A stretch of DNA of 60,780 nt, counting the filler, from Catajapyx aquilonaris (Eukaryota), in NCBI GenBank assembly GCA_000934665.2. It is 3 parts of 3 records of this genome, joined end to end, with 100 filler letters (N's around TTAATTAATTAA, not from the genome) between each part and the next. Parts side by side here need not be neighbours in the genome. Positions count along the whole stretch, not along the records: positions 1 to 20,210 come from KZ539513.1; positions 20,311 to 40,496 come from JYFJ02006314.1; 1 more part is not named here. The stretch is one strand, 5' to 3'. The position numbers and the translations under genes were made by a program. The notes under the pieces were generated by a model. The model saw only the letters and a list, made by a program, of their open reading frames with translations, searched no databases and had not been told where the DNA came from. This document shows, one piece after another, positions 11,901 through 22,687 of this stretch (positions are counted from its first letter, which is position 1; each line of letters begins with the position of its first letter).

Positions 11901-14900
11901 GGAGCGTACCGCCGAACAGCGCTGTGCAGCGGTAAAAGTGTGCACTGTCAGTCAAGATGGCGACGTCCATGAGGGAGGTCAGCGAGAGTGATCATGCTGT
12001 CATACGTTACCTGTTTCTGAAGGGCATGTCAGAGAAATACGTCCACGCTGATATGCAGCCCACATTGAGGGACATTGAAGGACAATGCAAACGTGGATTT
12101 CCTTCGCTGACATTCCCTTCAGAAACAGGTAACGAATGACTGCTCGATCACTCTCACGGTCCTCCCTCATGGACGTCGCCATCTTGACTGACAGTGCGCA
12201 CTTTTACCACTGCACGGCGCTGTTCGGCTGTACGATCAGAGGCGGAAAATACGTTTCGAGAGTTGCTCTTCAAAATGCCGCAAACTTCATTCCGCTATGA
12301 CAACTCCTTCATAGGTAGACTCCCTACTTATCAAACACCCCTCGTATGTGAAAACCAATTTAGAATCTGCTTCATTGAGCCATTTTTTTTTCTGATAATA
12401 AATTATAGATTTTTCCTCATTAGGGTGATTGTCCTCATATTCCTAAAAAATTTTGATCCAGAAGTTGTCAACAATGAAATTCATACTATGTAGATCTAGC
12501 TATTTTTGTTTCAATTTTAGAAAGCCTTTTTGTAAATGTGACTAGCAGATCGGAGTGGTCCGTTTGAATTACCTGTGCTATTATATTTTCTTATGTTGTC
12601 TTATAATTGTTTTCGCGCTAAGTTTCAGGGATATTCATTACGTCAATTGATGTGTGCACTGTATAATATTCATATTTACACGATAGATCATGAAATTGGC
12701 GTCCAAGTCACTGTCTAATAGCTCCTTGCTTATGCAGTAAAACTTCTATGAGTCGAACTTCCCCAAGTCGATGTTCTCTATAAGTCGAAGAAAATTATTA
12801 GCTTGGTTGGTCACAATCAACATATCTTCTATCTTCTTCTATATAAATAAAGCAGTTTGTGATCTGTCTGTCTGTCAGCCTGGAACGCCAACCATCATTT
12901 TCCTACCATCTGTGGTCCACCTCCACCCTCTCCCGTCTGGAACGCCACTCGTCATTTGCTTCCCAACTGTGGTCCGCTTCCTACACCTCCAACCTCTCCC
13001 GCCCTTCCGACCCGGTCTTCCTTTAATTAAGATTCTTAATTACATGTAATTTTTTTTGCCTGTCCTTTTCAGCTTGCTTTCCATTCATTTCTTCCCGAGC
13101 AATGACGGGTATCGCAGCTAGTGTAAAATAATAGGAAATAAACTTCCCTAGCTCGAATTTCTGTAACTAATAAGTTCTCCATAACTCGAAGTTCAAGCAG
13201 GGCCTTACGATGGGATATCAATGCATTTTCAGACTCCCTAAGTCGAAGTTCATGTTGGCGAGTACGGAAAATTTTCTCATTTCCCAGCCGAAGGGTCGAG
13301 AGTAGGCCACATGTACAGAAAGGCTCAATTTCCTGATCTCCGTCTACCAGACATACCGAAAGAAGTGTTTGACTGGATTGTGACAATTGAATTCTTGAAT
13401 CTAACAATAAGAGTAGGCAAATGTCCATAACAGAGATAGTTTTTACAACAAAACAACAAGCAACATTGTAAGTGTAATAGTGATAGTTATTTTTAAGTTA
13501 TGAACACTTTTCGTCGCTGGAAATAAAGGTAGGCTTCCTTATAAAGTTATGTGTATTAAAAAATCCAATCTTCTCTAACTCGAAGTTTTTTTCTGGTCCC
13601 ATGGAGATTTGACTTATGGAAGTTTTACTGTACGTAATAGCTTCCGTAGGGCTTTTCATAAAGGGTTCAGTTTCTTGAAATTTGGACCTCCGTATTTCAC
13701 ACCCTCTTGAGATCGAGGGTTTTTCTGGAAAGTTGTCTTCTTCCTAGCAGATGAGGAACCCGGAAAACGTGTTATTAAAAATTCATTTTATTGCACCCAT
13801 TGGGAGAATCAGCACTCCATTAGGGGGATGGGATACCACCATTTTATCATTCAAATTCTTCTGAAACTTTCACACGTGGATGGGGCAAAGGATAGGGAAG
13901 GAAGGAAGCAGCTGTGGCGTATTGTACGAAAGCTACCCCGGAATTATCCTGGGGGGACCATGGAAAACCACAGTCAGGATCGCCTGCCCGGGAATTGAAC
14001 CCAGGACCTCCCGATTAGCAGTCGGACTCTTAACCACTACACCAACCTGCTTCGGTACCCAAAAAACATATATGAACATGAATTTCTCATAGCACCTCCC
14101 GAGATTCCCATTGAAAGTCAAAAGCGGCAGAACCAGAGTCTCCATGTTGCGCCTTATCCAATTTGTACATAGTGCTCTCTCTTCTGAACCGAAAGTACCA
14201 CGAACTGACTGCCCTCTCCTCTTTTCTTTTTTTTTGCTGCCTCCCAGGGCATGGCATGAGGATGTGTCGAGGGCTCCCTTTGGCCCAGGCGCGCTGTGAC
14301 ATCACAGGCGCAGCAGAAAGGGGGACAGGGTTGGTAACCGCCATTCCTGGCTCCCCAGCAAGGTAGCGGGTGAGGAGACTTTTGGAGCAGGTATCCCTGC
14401 CACCCCTCCTTATCACGGAGAGAGGCTGCCTCACCTATTCTGGGGCTCGTACCCCGGGACATCAGACTAGGGCCCTTAATCTACGCGGTATCTTTAAAAT
14501 TAAACGTTTTTTTAGGCCTTCTGAAAAGTTGTCATTTCACCACATAGCAGGTTTTTATTTATATTTATATTTATATTATTTATATTATTTATATTTAAAA
14601 GTTCAACACACACACGCACACCCATTGCTTCACTTGAGATACTTCATTTATGTATTCTTAGGATACCGCTTATGCTATGACCTTTTTAACAATTCCTTCT
14701 TTTCTATGGTGCATTACAAAATGTCACCTTTCCAAAGTCACCTGCAATATGCCATCTGAAAGTTGCAAGTCACTTTCTTTGTCCTCTTTGGAATTTGTAA
14801 TAAAGTGAACAGGATCCATTCATTGATATCAGTTCAAAACAGGAGTGTTTTTAAAAATTTTACATGTTGCAATCATACTTTTCAGAAAGGTGGCCACAAT

Positions 14901-17320
14901 GTTAACAAGTTTCTATTTTGTTGAAATTGTCAAGAAGGCATAACTTGCAGACATTGTGGTTTTTGACAGTTAACCCCTTCGCACACTACCCGCTAGGGCC
15001 AAAAATGCCTAGATTTTAGCTTATGCCTATTCTGAAGATAAACAGAAGATATTTTACAAATAATAAGCTATATATACCCATTCATGGAAAACAGTTATGA
15101 ATGTATTGCGAACAATTTCACTCCTAGAAGTCCCTAAATTAATTTCCAAAAAGACCGCCTTAAAAACTCGAAATTAGAGTACTGCCGGCCAACTGTTAGG
15201 CTGATTTAATTGTGAAATATGCTAAGATGTACGGAACAAAAACCTTGAGAATCGTGCCAGACGAATTTGCTGAAATCGTCATACTTTGCGAGAAATAAAT
15301 TAACTTATTTGTGCCTTTTTGTCACTTAGGAAAACTCCCAAATTGATTTACTTCTCGCGAAGTGTCGAAAACCCGCAAATAAGTAATAATTTATTTCTCG
15401 CAAAGTACGACAATTTCACCAAGTTCGTCTGGCATGATTCTCAAGGTTTTTGTTCAGTATATTTTAGCATATTTCACAATTAAATCAGCCTAACAGTTGG
15501 CTGGCAGTACTCTAATTTCGAGTTTTTAAGGTGTTCTTTTTGGAAATTAATATGTAGGGACTTCTAGAGGAGTAAAATTGTTTGCAACAGAACCATACTG
15601 TTTTCCATGAATGGGTAAATATAGCTGTTGTTATTTGTAAAATATCTTGTCCTTATCTTCAGAGTAGTCGTAAGCTAAAATCTAGGCGTTTTTGGCCTAG
15701 CTGGTAGCGAAGGGGTACAATGTACAGAAATGAGATGTAGCATATTCTTTTACCACATAATTGTGATTGGCTATTGAATGGTTCTCAGGGTTTATCAATA
15801 ACTTCTTTGCCCAATTTTAGGCTTGAGGTGTTTTGTCTTACACTCATATGACACTTTTTGTAGCTGCAGTTACTGAAAAGTTGTCACAGGTTATGCAAGT
15901 AGTGAGAACCTTATAGGCTGCATGCTGCAGAGGCTTGGCTGCATTGTTGTGCCAAGCTGAGTTGAAACTCGTGGTGCATACTGGGCATTTGAAAAGTAGC
16001 ACCATGTGATTCAGCTTAGCTTCGCATGGGAAGCTGCATGGCGTTATAGGCTACTAACTCTGCATTATTGCTGCCCACTACTGTCAGGTGAGAGAGGGTC
16101 ATGCTAGCGTTGCTAATGATGCTGCTGTTATGTCATATTTTTTTTGGAAACACTAGGTTGACTCTTGTTGTCCATGTTGACGCTTTTTGGGCCCATTTTC
16201 TAACTGTGCTGTTTCGTTTCCAGTGAAGCGGAGGGCATCCCTAGCACTACTCTTCGTGAAATAACCCTGCTGAAGTCACTCAACCATGACAGCATTGTCC
16301 GATTATTGGATGTGGTGTCTACAGGCTCCAAGCTGTATCTGGTGTTCGAGTTCTTTGACCGAGATCTCAAGCAGTTGCTAGATGTTACTAAACAAGGTCT
16401 ACCTCCACCATTAATCAAGGTACACAGTTAATTGCTATGTAGTATTTCTTTGAAGTCATTGGGTGGAATTTTCGTCTCACTATTAGCCGCTGTTTACACA
16501 ACCCCACTGCAACTCCATTTTTTTCATACATGTTTCCCCCAACGACCCTCGTGACCGTAGATGAGCATATCAGTAGTTAGGTGGGGGTGCCGCATTGCTT
16601 TAGTTGTGGCGCTTTGGCCCATTCCTTCAGTTACTTTAACCACAAGCCAACACACAGCGAATCTGGTGGCGGAACGCGGCGGATCAAGACTCCCAAACCG
16701 CCAATGCAAATCTAGTAGGCATGGTCTATTCATTACACTGGGACTTGTTCACATCCACGTTCTCATGATCCGTTCTGAATTAATAGTAATAATTTTCGTC
16801 GCAGTGAGGGGTGTAGCTCCATACACTTAGGCAATCAGCGGCCAGGTGGGACTTTGAAGATCCACGCGATAAGAGGGCTAGTTTCCAGGGCTGTATATGT
16901 ACACAAAAACACTCCTTGACTGTGGTTTACACTTGACAGGTTCTGACTGTTAACTTTGAATGGATGGAATTTTTGTGCTTCTGTTTAGGCCCTTTTAAAC
17001 TTAGAACTGGGTAGTTCATAGTAGTGAGGTGAGAGACATCTCGGGGTGTCGCTAAGTCACTATCACATGAGAAATGGCAGATGGGGTGACGAGTGTTCGA
17101 CTTGTAGAGCGCATTCGACGGGTTCTACAGGGGCCGAGGCTCTACCTGCCCCTTCTGGATCCTTTCATGAAATGCAGGGTGATTCTCTCTACGAAGTCTC
17201 GTCTCAGCATTCCTCAATAACTTTTTAGGCCTAATTGGACGGTGTTATGCAATAATGAGTCATCCCACCTGAGAATAGGTGTGAGAAAAAGTGCTTTGAA
17301 GGTTATGCAATAATAATAAT

Positions 17321-17356
<36 letters not shown>

Positions 17357-19478
17357 CATTGTAATTATTATTATTATAATATTGGGGAAGGGGGAGGCGG
17401 AATGGCGCTGCGGTAACTTATCAGCCCACGGATGTAAGAGTCCCGGGTTTGATCCCAAGCCCGGGCTTTCCCCCCTCCATCTCATGCAGAGTTGGGTCGT
17501 CTCTGGCTTTGTCTCAGGTGGAATTTCCGACAGACTAATCCACCCGGGGCAGTTCACAAAATGTATCGTTTGAAACTTTTCACTGGCACTTTGAACATCC
17601 CCTACCAGTCACCCTTCCCTCGCTGTCGGTACCTGGACGTTACGGAAAAGGACCAACAAAATGTTTGTACACCTTTAAAAAAAAGCAATAAAGGTACCGT
17701 GCCAGATGCCCATTAAAAATGGGCGGTGCACTAACCCTATTATTAATATTATTAATAATGTATTGGTGAAAACATTTGCTAATGTGACGTCGGTAATGCA
17801 GGAGTCGAATCTTAAATTGTTGACCATGTGCCAAGTATGCACTGCAAACTTACATCTGGGGTGCAAATACAGCACCGGTATATACCTGCACCTACTTGCA
17901 GTGATTAATTTTTAGTTGCTAGGATTTAGCCATGTTAAAAAGCAGAACTAACTCCAAGGCTCAGTTTGGAGTGCAGATACCGTATTACCTCACATGAAGC
18001 GGCATCCCGGTATAAAACGAGGTCAACCAGCATGCCGGTTTAACCCGGGGGTGGCCTGCATACCGCAATAACCGAGGTAGATTTCTGTAATTTTGATCCT
18101 CTCGCCAAATTTTTTGGGTTGCTTCTGGTACCATACTAAAATAATGGTACAATGAAACTGGGCGAGTGTACAGGCTGTGAGAATGTCAGTTCTGTTGCAC
18201 GGTGCATTTAAAAAATGTAGAGTGTATGACCAATCCCATCGTTAGCCTGCTTTGACAGGGGAACCCCCTGCTCTAACATACTGTTTAAATAGAGATGATT
18301 ACCAATGGAAAACAATATATGGTACTGGTATCCTATTTGGAAAATGAGCCTTTTCGATAGCCTTTACGTGAATTTCGATTTTCAGGCAAATGTCAAGTTC
18401 AGAAAGGATAATGTAACTTATGTGAAAACCTCGCCTTATACCGGCATACCTCGCTTAGACTGGCATGCCCGTATAGCCACCAGATCATGCATTTCTAAAA
18501 ACTGGTCGACCTCGGCTACACCAGCATGCAGCTTTATGTGGAGGTAATACGGTAACAATTTGGGCAAATGGCGCCATTGCATCTGCACATGTCAACCCCT
18601 GGTCATGGCAGCAACTTATCCGGCCATATAGCACCAATTGTTTGCGGCTTATTGCTGCCAGAATTTTCTTGCTGATGTCAGTAATCGATCTTTTACATCC
18701 TGCACTGTGCGATGACACCTTTCGGCCTCCTGTGTGTTGATTCAAATTAGCGCATTTCGGAGGTCCATAGCCATCTAAGATCTTAATTTTTCAGCGCTTT
18801 CTTGGGCACTGTGCAATCCCTCTACCTACTTTTATGCCGAAAGTCACGAAGAACGAGGAATAACCCAAATAAGCTGTCCTTCCCATATCCATACTCATCA
18901 ATCCTCATTGATCCTCAATGTCAATCATCGCCTTCTCCTTAACTTGTTTACACTGGGAGGCATGTTGTGCGTAGGCGCTGACTGATTGTCACTACTAGGC
19001 ACTGAATAGGCAGTGATTAGGCTATCCAGTACTAAAGCGGCTAACAGAACGGCGAAAATTCCACCTTAAACAGTACCACTAAAAAGTGCCTGCGCAGTAA
19101 CTAACAAATCAGTTCTGAATAGGCGCTACTAGTGGAAAGACGAAAATTTGACCCATTATTTTCTGATTTGTGCTGAAAAGTCTAATGGTTCTTTTTCTTC
19201 CCTAGTCATACATGTTTCAGCTGATACATGGGTTGGCATTTTGCCACTCAATGCGACTGTTGCATCGTGACTTGAAGCCACAAAACATCTTGGCAGACAA
19301 GTTCGGTCGTATCAAATTGGCTGACTTTGGGCTAGCTCGAATATTTATTTTGCCGGGACGGGTGTACACACATGAAGTGGTCACCCTTTGGTATCGAGCT
19401 CCAGAGTTGTTGCTCAATGCCAAATACTATGGCAATTCAGTGGATGTATGGAGCCTGGGATGCATTTTTGCTGAGATG
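4249..19478 (+). CDS. Cyclin-dependent kinase, CDK2/CDK1-like (partial, 3' exons missing at block end)
   Basis: GT-AG exons 4249-4370, 16224-16419 and 19206-19478 join in frame. Motifs: [66 protein letters not shown]. Confidence 0.93.
5945..6075. repeat. (CT)n / poly-A / (AAT)n microsatellite cluster around a small N gap
   Basis: Directly visible simple repeats flanking Ns at ~5987-6023. Confidence 0.9.
7161..9366. mobile_element. TIR element with AATT TSD (Sola1-like), hosting nested insertions
   Basis: Left GAAGCGTGGACATACACAAGGCTATAAGTGCCAAAA vs reverse complement of right GAAGAGCGGACTTGCACAAGGCTCGTAAGTGCCAAAA. AATT on both flanks; repeated TAAGTGCC/GGCACTTA subterminal motifs; internal inverted duplication ~7630-7710 vs ~8300-8370. 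Confidence 0.6.
8635..9178. mobile_element. piggyBac-type non-autonomous element
   Basis: TTAA-CCCTCACGCCGCCGC ... GCGGCGGTGAGAGGG-TTAA (13/15 TIR match, TTAA TSD). Confidence 0.75.
10023..10408 (+). mobile_element. tRNA-derived SINE (family A)
   Basis: A box (TGGCCGAGATGG), B box (GGTTTGATCCC), (TAAAA)n tail, 14-bp TSD AATGAGGTCATACC (10009-10022, 10409-10422). Confidence 0.88.
11376..11697. mobile_element. pogo/Tigger-like MITE
   Basis: CATTGTACTCCCGATTACCCG vs CGGATAATCTGGAGTAGAGTG-TA; repeated GGATAATCCG subterminal motif. Confidence 0.55.
11795..12344. mobile_element. Second mariner-derived foldback (different family)
   Basis: TA-CGAAGGGTGTTTGATAAGTAG ... CTACTTATCAAACACCCCTCG-TA. Both ~260-bp arms end in the transposase start ([21 protein letters not shown]), with a ~30-bp spacer. 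Confidence 0.9.
12735..13630. mobile_element. pogo/Tigger-like MITE with nested Helitron
   Basis: CAGTAAAACTTCTATGAGTCGAA vs GACTTATGGAAGTTTTACTG-TA; repeated AAGTCGAAG/AACTCGAAG motifs. Confidence 0.7.
12825..13121 (+). mobile_element. Non-autonomous Helitron
   Basis: 5' TC...TCTATATAAATAAA then (CTGT)n; 3' hairpin CCCGAGCAATGACGGG followed by CTAG-T. Confidence 0.7.
13780..14055 (-). mobile_element. tRNA-Ser(GCT)-like SINE (family B)
   Basis: Head GCAGGTTGGTGTAGTGGTTAAGAGTCCGACTGCTAATCGGGAGGTCCTGGGTTCAATTCCC; body matches the copy at 38652-38952; A-rich tail. Confidence 0.85.
14974..15715. mobile_element. piggyBac-like foldback (~340-bp arms)
   Basis: TTAA-CCCCTTCGC... at left, ...GCGAAGGGG at right. 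Arms 14974-~15315 and ~15375-15715 are reverse complements along their length; right TTAA degenerate. Confidence 0.8.
17307..17382. repeat. (AAT)n/(ATT)n microsatellite
   Basis: Directly visible. Confidence 0.9.
17392..17759 (+). mobile_element. tRNA-derived SINE (family C)
   Basis: A box TGGCGCTGCGGT, B box GGTTTGATCCC, (TAT/TAA)n tail at ~17740-17759. Confidence 0.6.
17980..18552. mobile_element. Tc1/pogo-type MITE
   Basis: TA-CCGTATTACCTCACATGAAGC ... GCTTTATGTGGAGGTAATACGG-TA. Confidence 0.75.
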
Positions 19479-20210
19479 GTATGTATGCAGCAAAACTGAC
19501 TTTCATTCAGATCAGGCAAAGCATGCAATATTTCAGTCACATGATAGTTCACCAATGGGTCATTCCATGTCAAATCATCACAGTTTGGAATTAAAATAGG
19601 CCTTGACCCCTCAGATTTTGATGAAACTTGGTGTATCTAGTGTCCTTACATAGTTATGAATGAAAACCAAAAGAAATAATTTTTTTGGCCTACCATTCAA
19701 GAGTTATTAAATATTAAATATTCCAATTTTGACTAAAAATTGCTGCGTCTTGAAATACTCAAGTATTATTTTCTCAGGAACCAGATGAGATATAAACCTG
19801 GGGAATGTCTCATATTGAAGGTCTTTCTATGGGCTTTAATTTGATATGTAACACGGCAGAGGTTATCATATTTATTAAAAATTTAAACTCAATTAAATCT
19901 TTAAATTTAAATATTTCAAAAAATGATATTTTTAAAATTTTGAAAAAATTCCCAAAATTACTTTGTACTGTCCTCTTGCATCTCCCAAAGTGTCATTTTG
20001 GGATCGCAATGGGATCAGGTGATACAGAGAGTACACATTTCACACATGCTGGAAAATACCCATCATACCCAATCGAGGTTTTCACAAAAGTCACTTATAT
20101 TGCCAGTAGCTTTAAAAATCATGATAGTGCTTAATAAACATTTCATTCTTAGTGTATATCAACTAAATAATTGACTTAAATGTATAAGAAAAAATTATGT
20201 TTCATCAACT

Positions 20211-20310
20211 NNNNNNNNNNNNNNNNNNNNNNNNNNNNNNNNNNNNNNNNNNNNTTAATTAATTAANNNNNNNNNNNNNNNNNNNNNNNNNNNNNNNNNN
20301 NNNNNNNNNN
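20211..20310. other. Artificial contig linker
   Basis: N44-TTAATTAATTAA-N44 (stops in all six frames); identical to 40497-40596. Confidence 0.95.
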
Positions 20311-21134
20311 GCGTAAGATCTTCAACCTTATGGATAAATGTAACCCAGAGATCTTACTTCCGCATTTTACACAATAATTAGATTTGTATCATGGTGATGA
20401 TCAAAGCATCTTTGTTCATCAAGGTATAGGTGTGCAATTTGGGATTATTTAATGCTTATAATAATAATATAATATAATAATAATATGATAATAAGAATAA
20501 ACGATAAAAATAAAAAAATGTTATTAATTGGTTCATCAATTAGCTGAGTGGCTGGAAGGTTAAATGTTTCACATTATTCACATTATTTCACAATATTATT
20601 CATTATTTCACAATATTATTCATTATTTCACAATATGTAATATAATATGTAATATAATATAATATGTAATATGTAATATAATATGTAATATGTAATATAA
20701 TATATTTAATAAGGATAAATGATAAATATAATCCTTGAATTAATTAATTTGTTCATCGATTTACTGAGTAGCTTGAATGTTTAATGGTCCACAGATTGGC
20801 TTATTAGCATTAGGATGGCTGATGGACAAAGGCGCTTTGATCATCACCATACTACAAACCTAATTATTGTGTAAAATGCGAAAGTAAGATCTCTGGGTTA
20901 CATTTATCCATAAGGTTGAAGATCTTACGCAGCCCAGTCTTGTTTCAGTCATTTCTATCCGTTACTTGGATCTTACTTTCATTTTTTTGCAATTCCGTAG
21001 GGAATTAGTTTTTGTGATAATTAATTTTATGCTCCAATAAAAAATGGCTCTGTTCATGATCAAAATTGGACACATGTAGCAACTCAAAAATATTTTGCTT
21101 TTCATTATCTGAAACCAGGTGACGACACCGGTCC
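20311..21134. mobile_element. Foldback element truncated by the linker, TTAA-flanked (Kolobok-like end)
   Basis: 20311-20421 is the reverse complement of 20820-20930; AT-rich minisatellite core 20570-20705; right end ...GACACCGGTCC-TTAA. Confidence 0.6.
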
Positions 21135-22687
21135 TTAAGAGCTGCTTATTAGGATTCCCGTCGTTGGTTTACACGAGAAATTCCGTCAATTCCGCGTGCC
21201 GAAGAAGGTGTGGAATGCCAGAGAAGCCCCCTCAGTTCTTTCTCTTTCTTTTTTTTCCCTTTCATCCACTTCCTTCTTCCACTCATTCTTCTGTTAGTGT
21301 CTCACACCCCCTTCGTCCCACTTTGGCAGTCTCAGCTTCCCCCTCCTTCCCGCTCAGATTTCCCCTAGGACCACCTATTTCTGGTAGGATTTACGAGCAT
21401 CCCTCGACTTAGATTTGCCAATCTGCCTCAGGCTTTTTCCACGTCCAAACCCTCGGGTTTCTAATCTTCAAACTTGTGCATTTCTAAGGATTGCTAAGGA
21501 ACTCTGACCTGATGACTTTTGTTGAGCCGAATATTTTGTTGGGAGGTTCATTGCTTATCATGTTTGTTACTGAAATTCTTGCTATAAACCTTTTTCCTTC
21601 TTTTGGAATTGGTGGAAAACTTCTTTTTTTCAGTTGGGGTGCTACCCTTTGCAAGTTTCTAATTAAAACCGCGCCTGGAATATTGAGCGGCGGAATTGAA
21701 CTTTTGTGACTGTTTCAGGGTACTCGGAGAGTTCAATTATTACAGTTGGAGTGTGTATGTATTGATTGGTCTATACTAATTGAGTATCGGCGGAATGTAT
21801 ACAGGCCATGTTCGTTAGTCAAAAGTTCTACCGGAAAAGCAAAAAGGTTGGCCATCTTCATTCTACAAGTTTCGAGGCTTGTGATCACGAAAACAAGATT
21901 TTAATCAAAGCATTTTTTTCCAACTTTTTTTTTTCTTCTGCTTATATTTTTGTGTGCAAGTTGCGAAGCAATTTTTTATTATTCTGCGTATGCATATACA
22001 GGCATTCCCCCAGACCGCCAGACGACTTCTGAAACCTAATTCGAATTCCAATTTTGCGGTGCTCCATGCATAAAATTCCATGGGGAGGACCGGGGATGTG
22101 ATTCAGATCATTAGAAAAACCTCATATTAGCCGTGCACGTGGCAACCCGAAAAGAACGGATATAAATGTGTTCCCGAGGCCGTTTCCGCACATGTGCTGT
22201 GGATTAACAGGAATATCCGACCGCCGAAAATGTGGTGGAAAAATATTTTTAGATATATCCCAGCAATTATAACGAAGCTCCATAAATTTTTTCTAAGCAA
22301 AAATCCCAGTGACTCACGAGCCAGTTGACATGAAATGACTCACCACATCTTCAATACAGTGTGTTACAATAATTTATTGAAGCGATTTTTTTGAACTAAC
22401 TTGTAAGCTGCCATACCGTTATTTATGGATAACTACTTTTAGACATTACAAATATTAGGCGGTAAAACTTGGAAGTATGACTAAATGACTACACCAGTAT
22501 TTTACTGAATATTTTTCATCCACATCTATCATCAACTGTTATACTCATTTTTACAGAAAACTTCAAAAAATATATACAGATTTTGCTAGTTGAAAAATAT
22601 TTTTAAACTAAAATTTAGTGGATGTAGTTTCAAGTGAAATGATCAAAAATCACTCAAATTGATCATACATAATATGTGATTCCCCAG

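Larger units (their letters stand above)
16462..19065. mobile_element. PIF/Harbinger-like TIR element filling most of CDK intron 2
   Basis: GGTGGAATTTTCGTCTCACTATTAGCCGCT vs AGCGGCTAACAGAACGGCGAAAATTCCACC-TTA; flanks TTG/TTA; contains a SINE and a pogo-like MITE. Confidence 0.55.

Noticed and set aside
13985..14055. tRNA-Ser(GCT)-like sequence (also 38652-38725)
   Set aside because: No acceptor stem or long variable arm; continues into a shared body and A-rich tail, so it is a SINE head, not a tRNA gene.
16224..19478. Horizontal transfer of a plant CDKB
   Set aside because: Intron positions and the rest of the sequence fit animal CDK2; the motif match alone is insufficient.
20255..20266. 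TTAATTAATTAA as a biological motif
   Set aside because: Centred in a fixed 100-bp N spacer seen twice; an assembly linker.
20570..20705. Short tandem repeats resembling an array
   Set aside because: AT-rich minisatellite with no unique spacers; not CRISPR.
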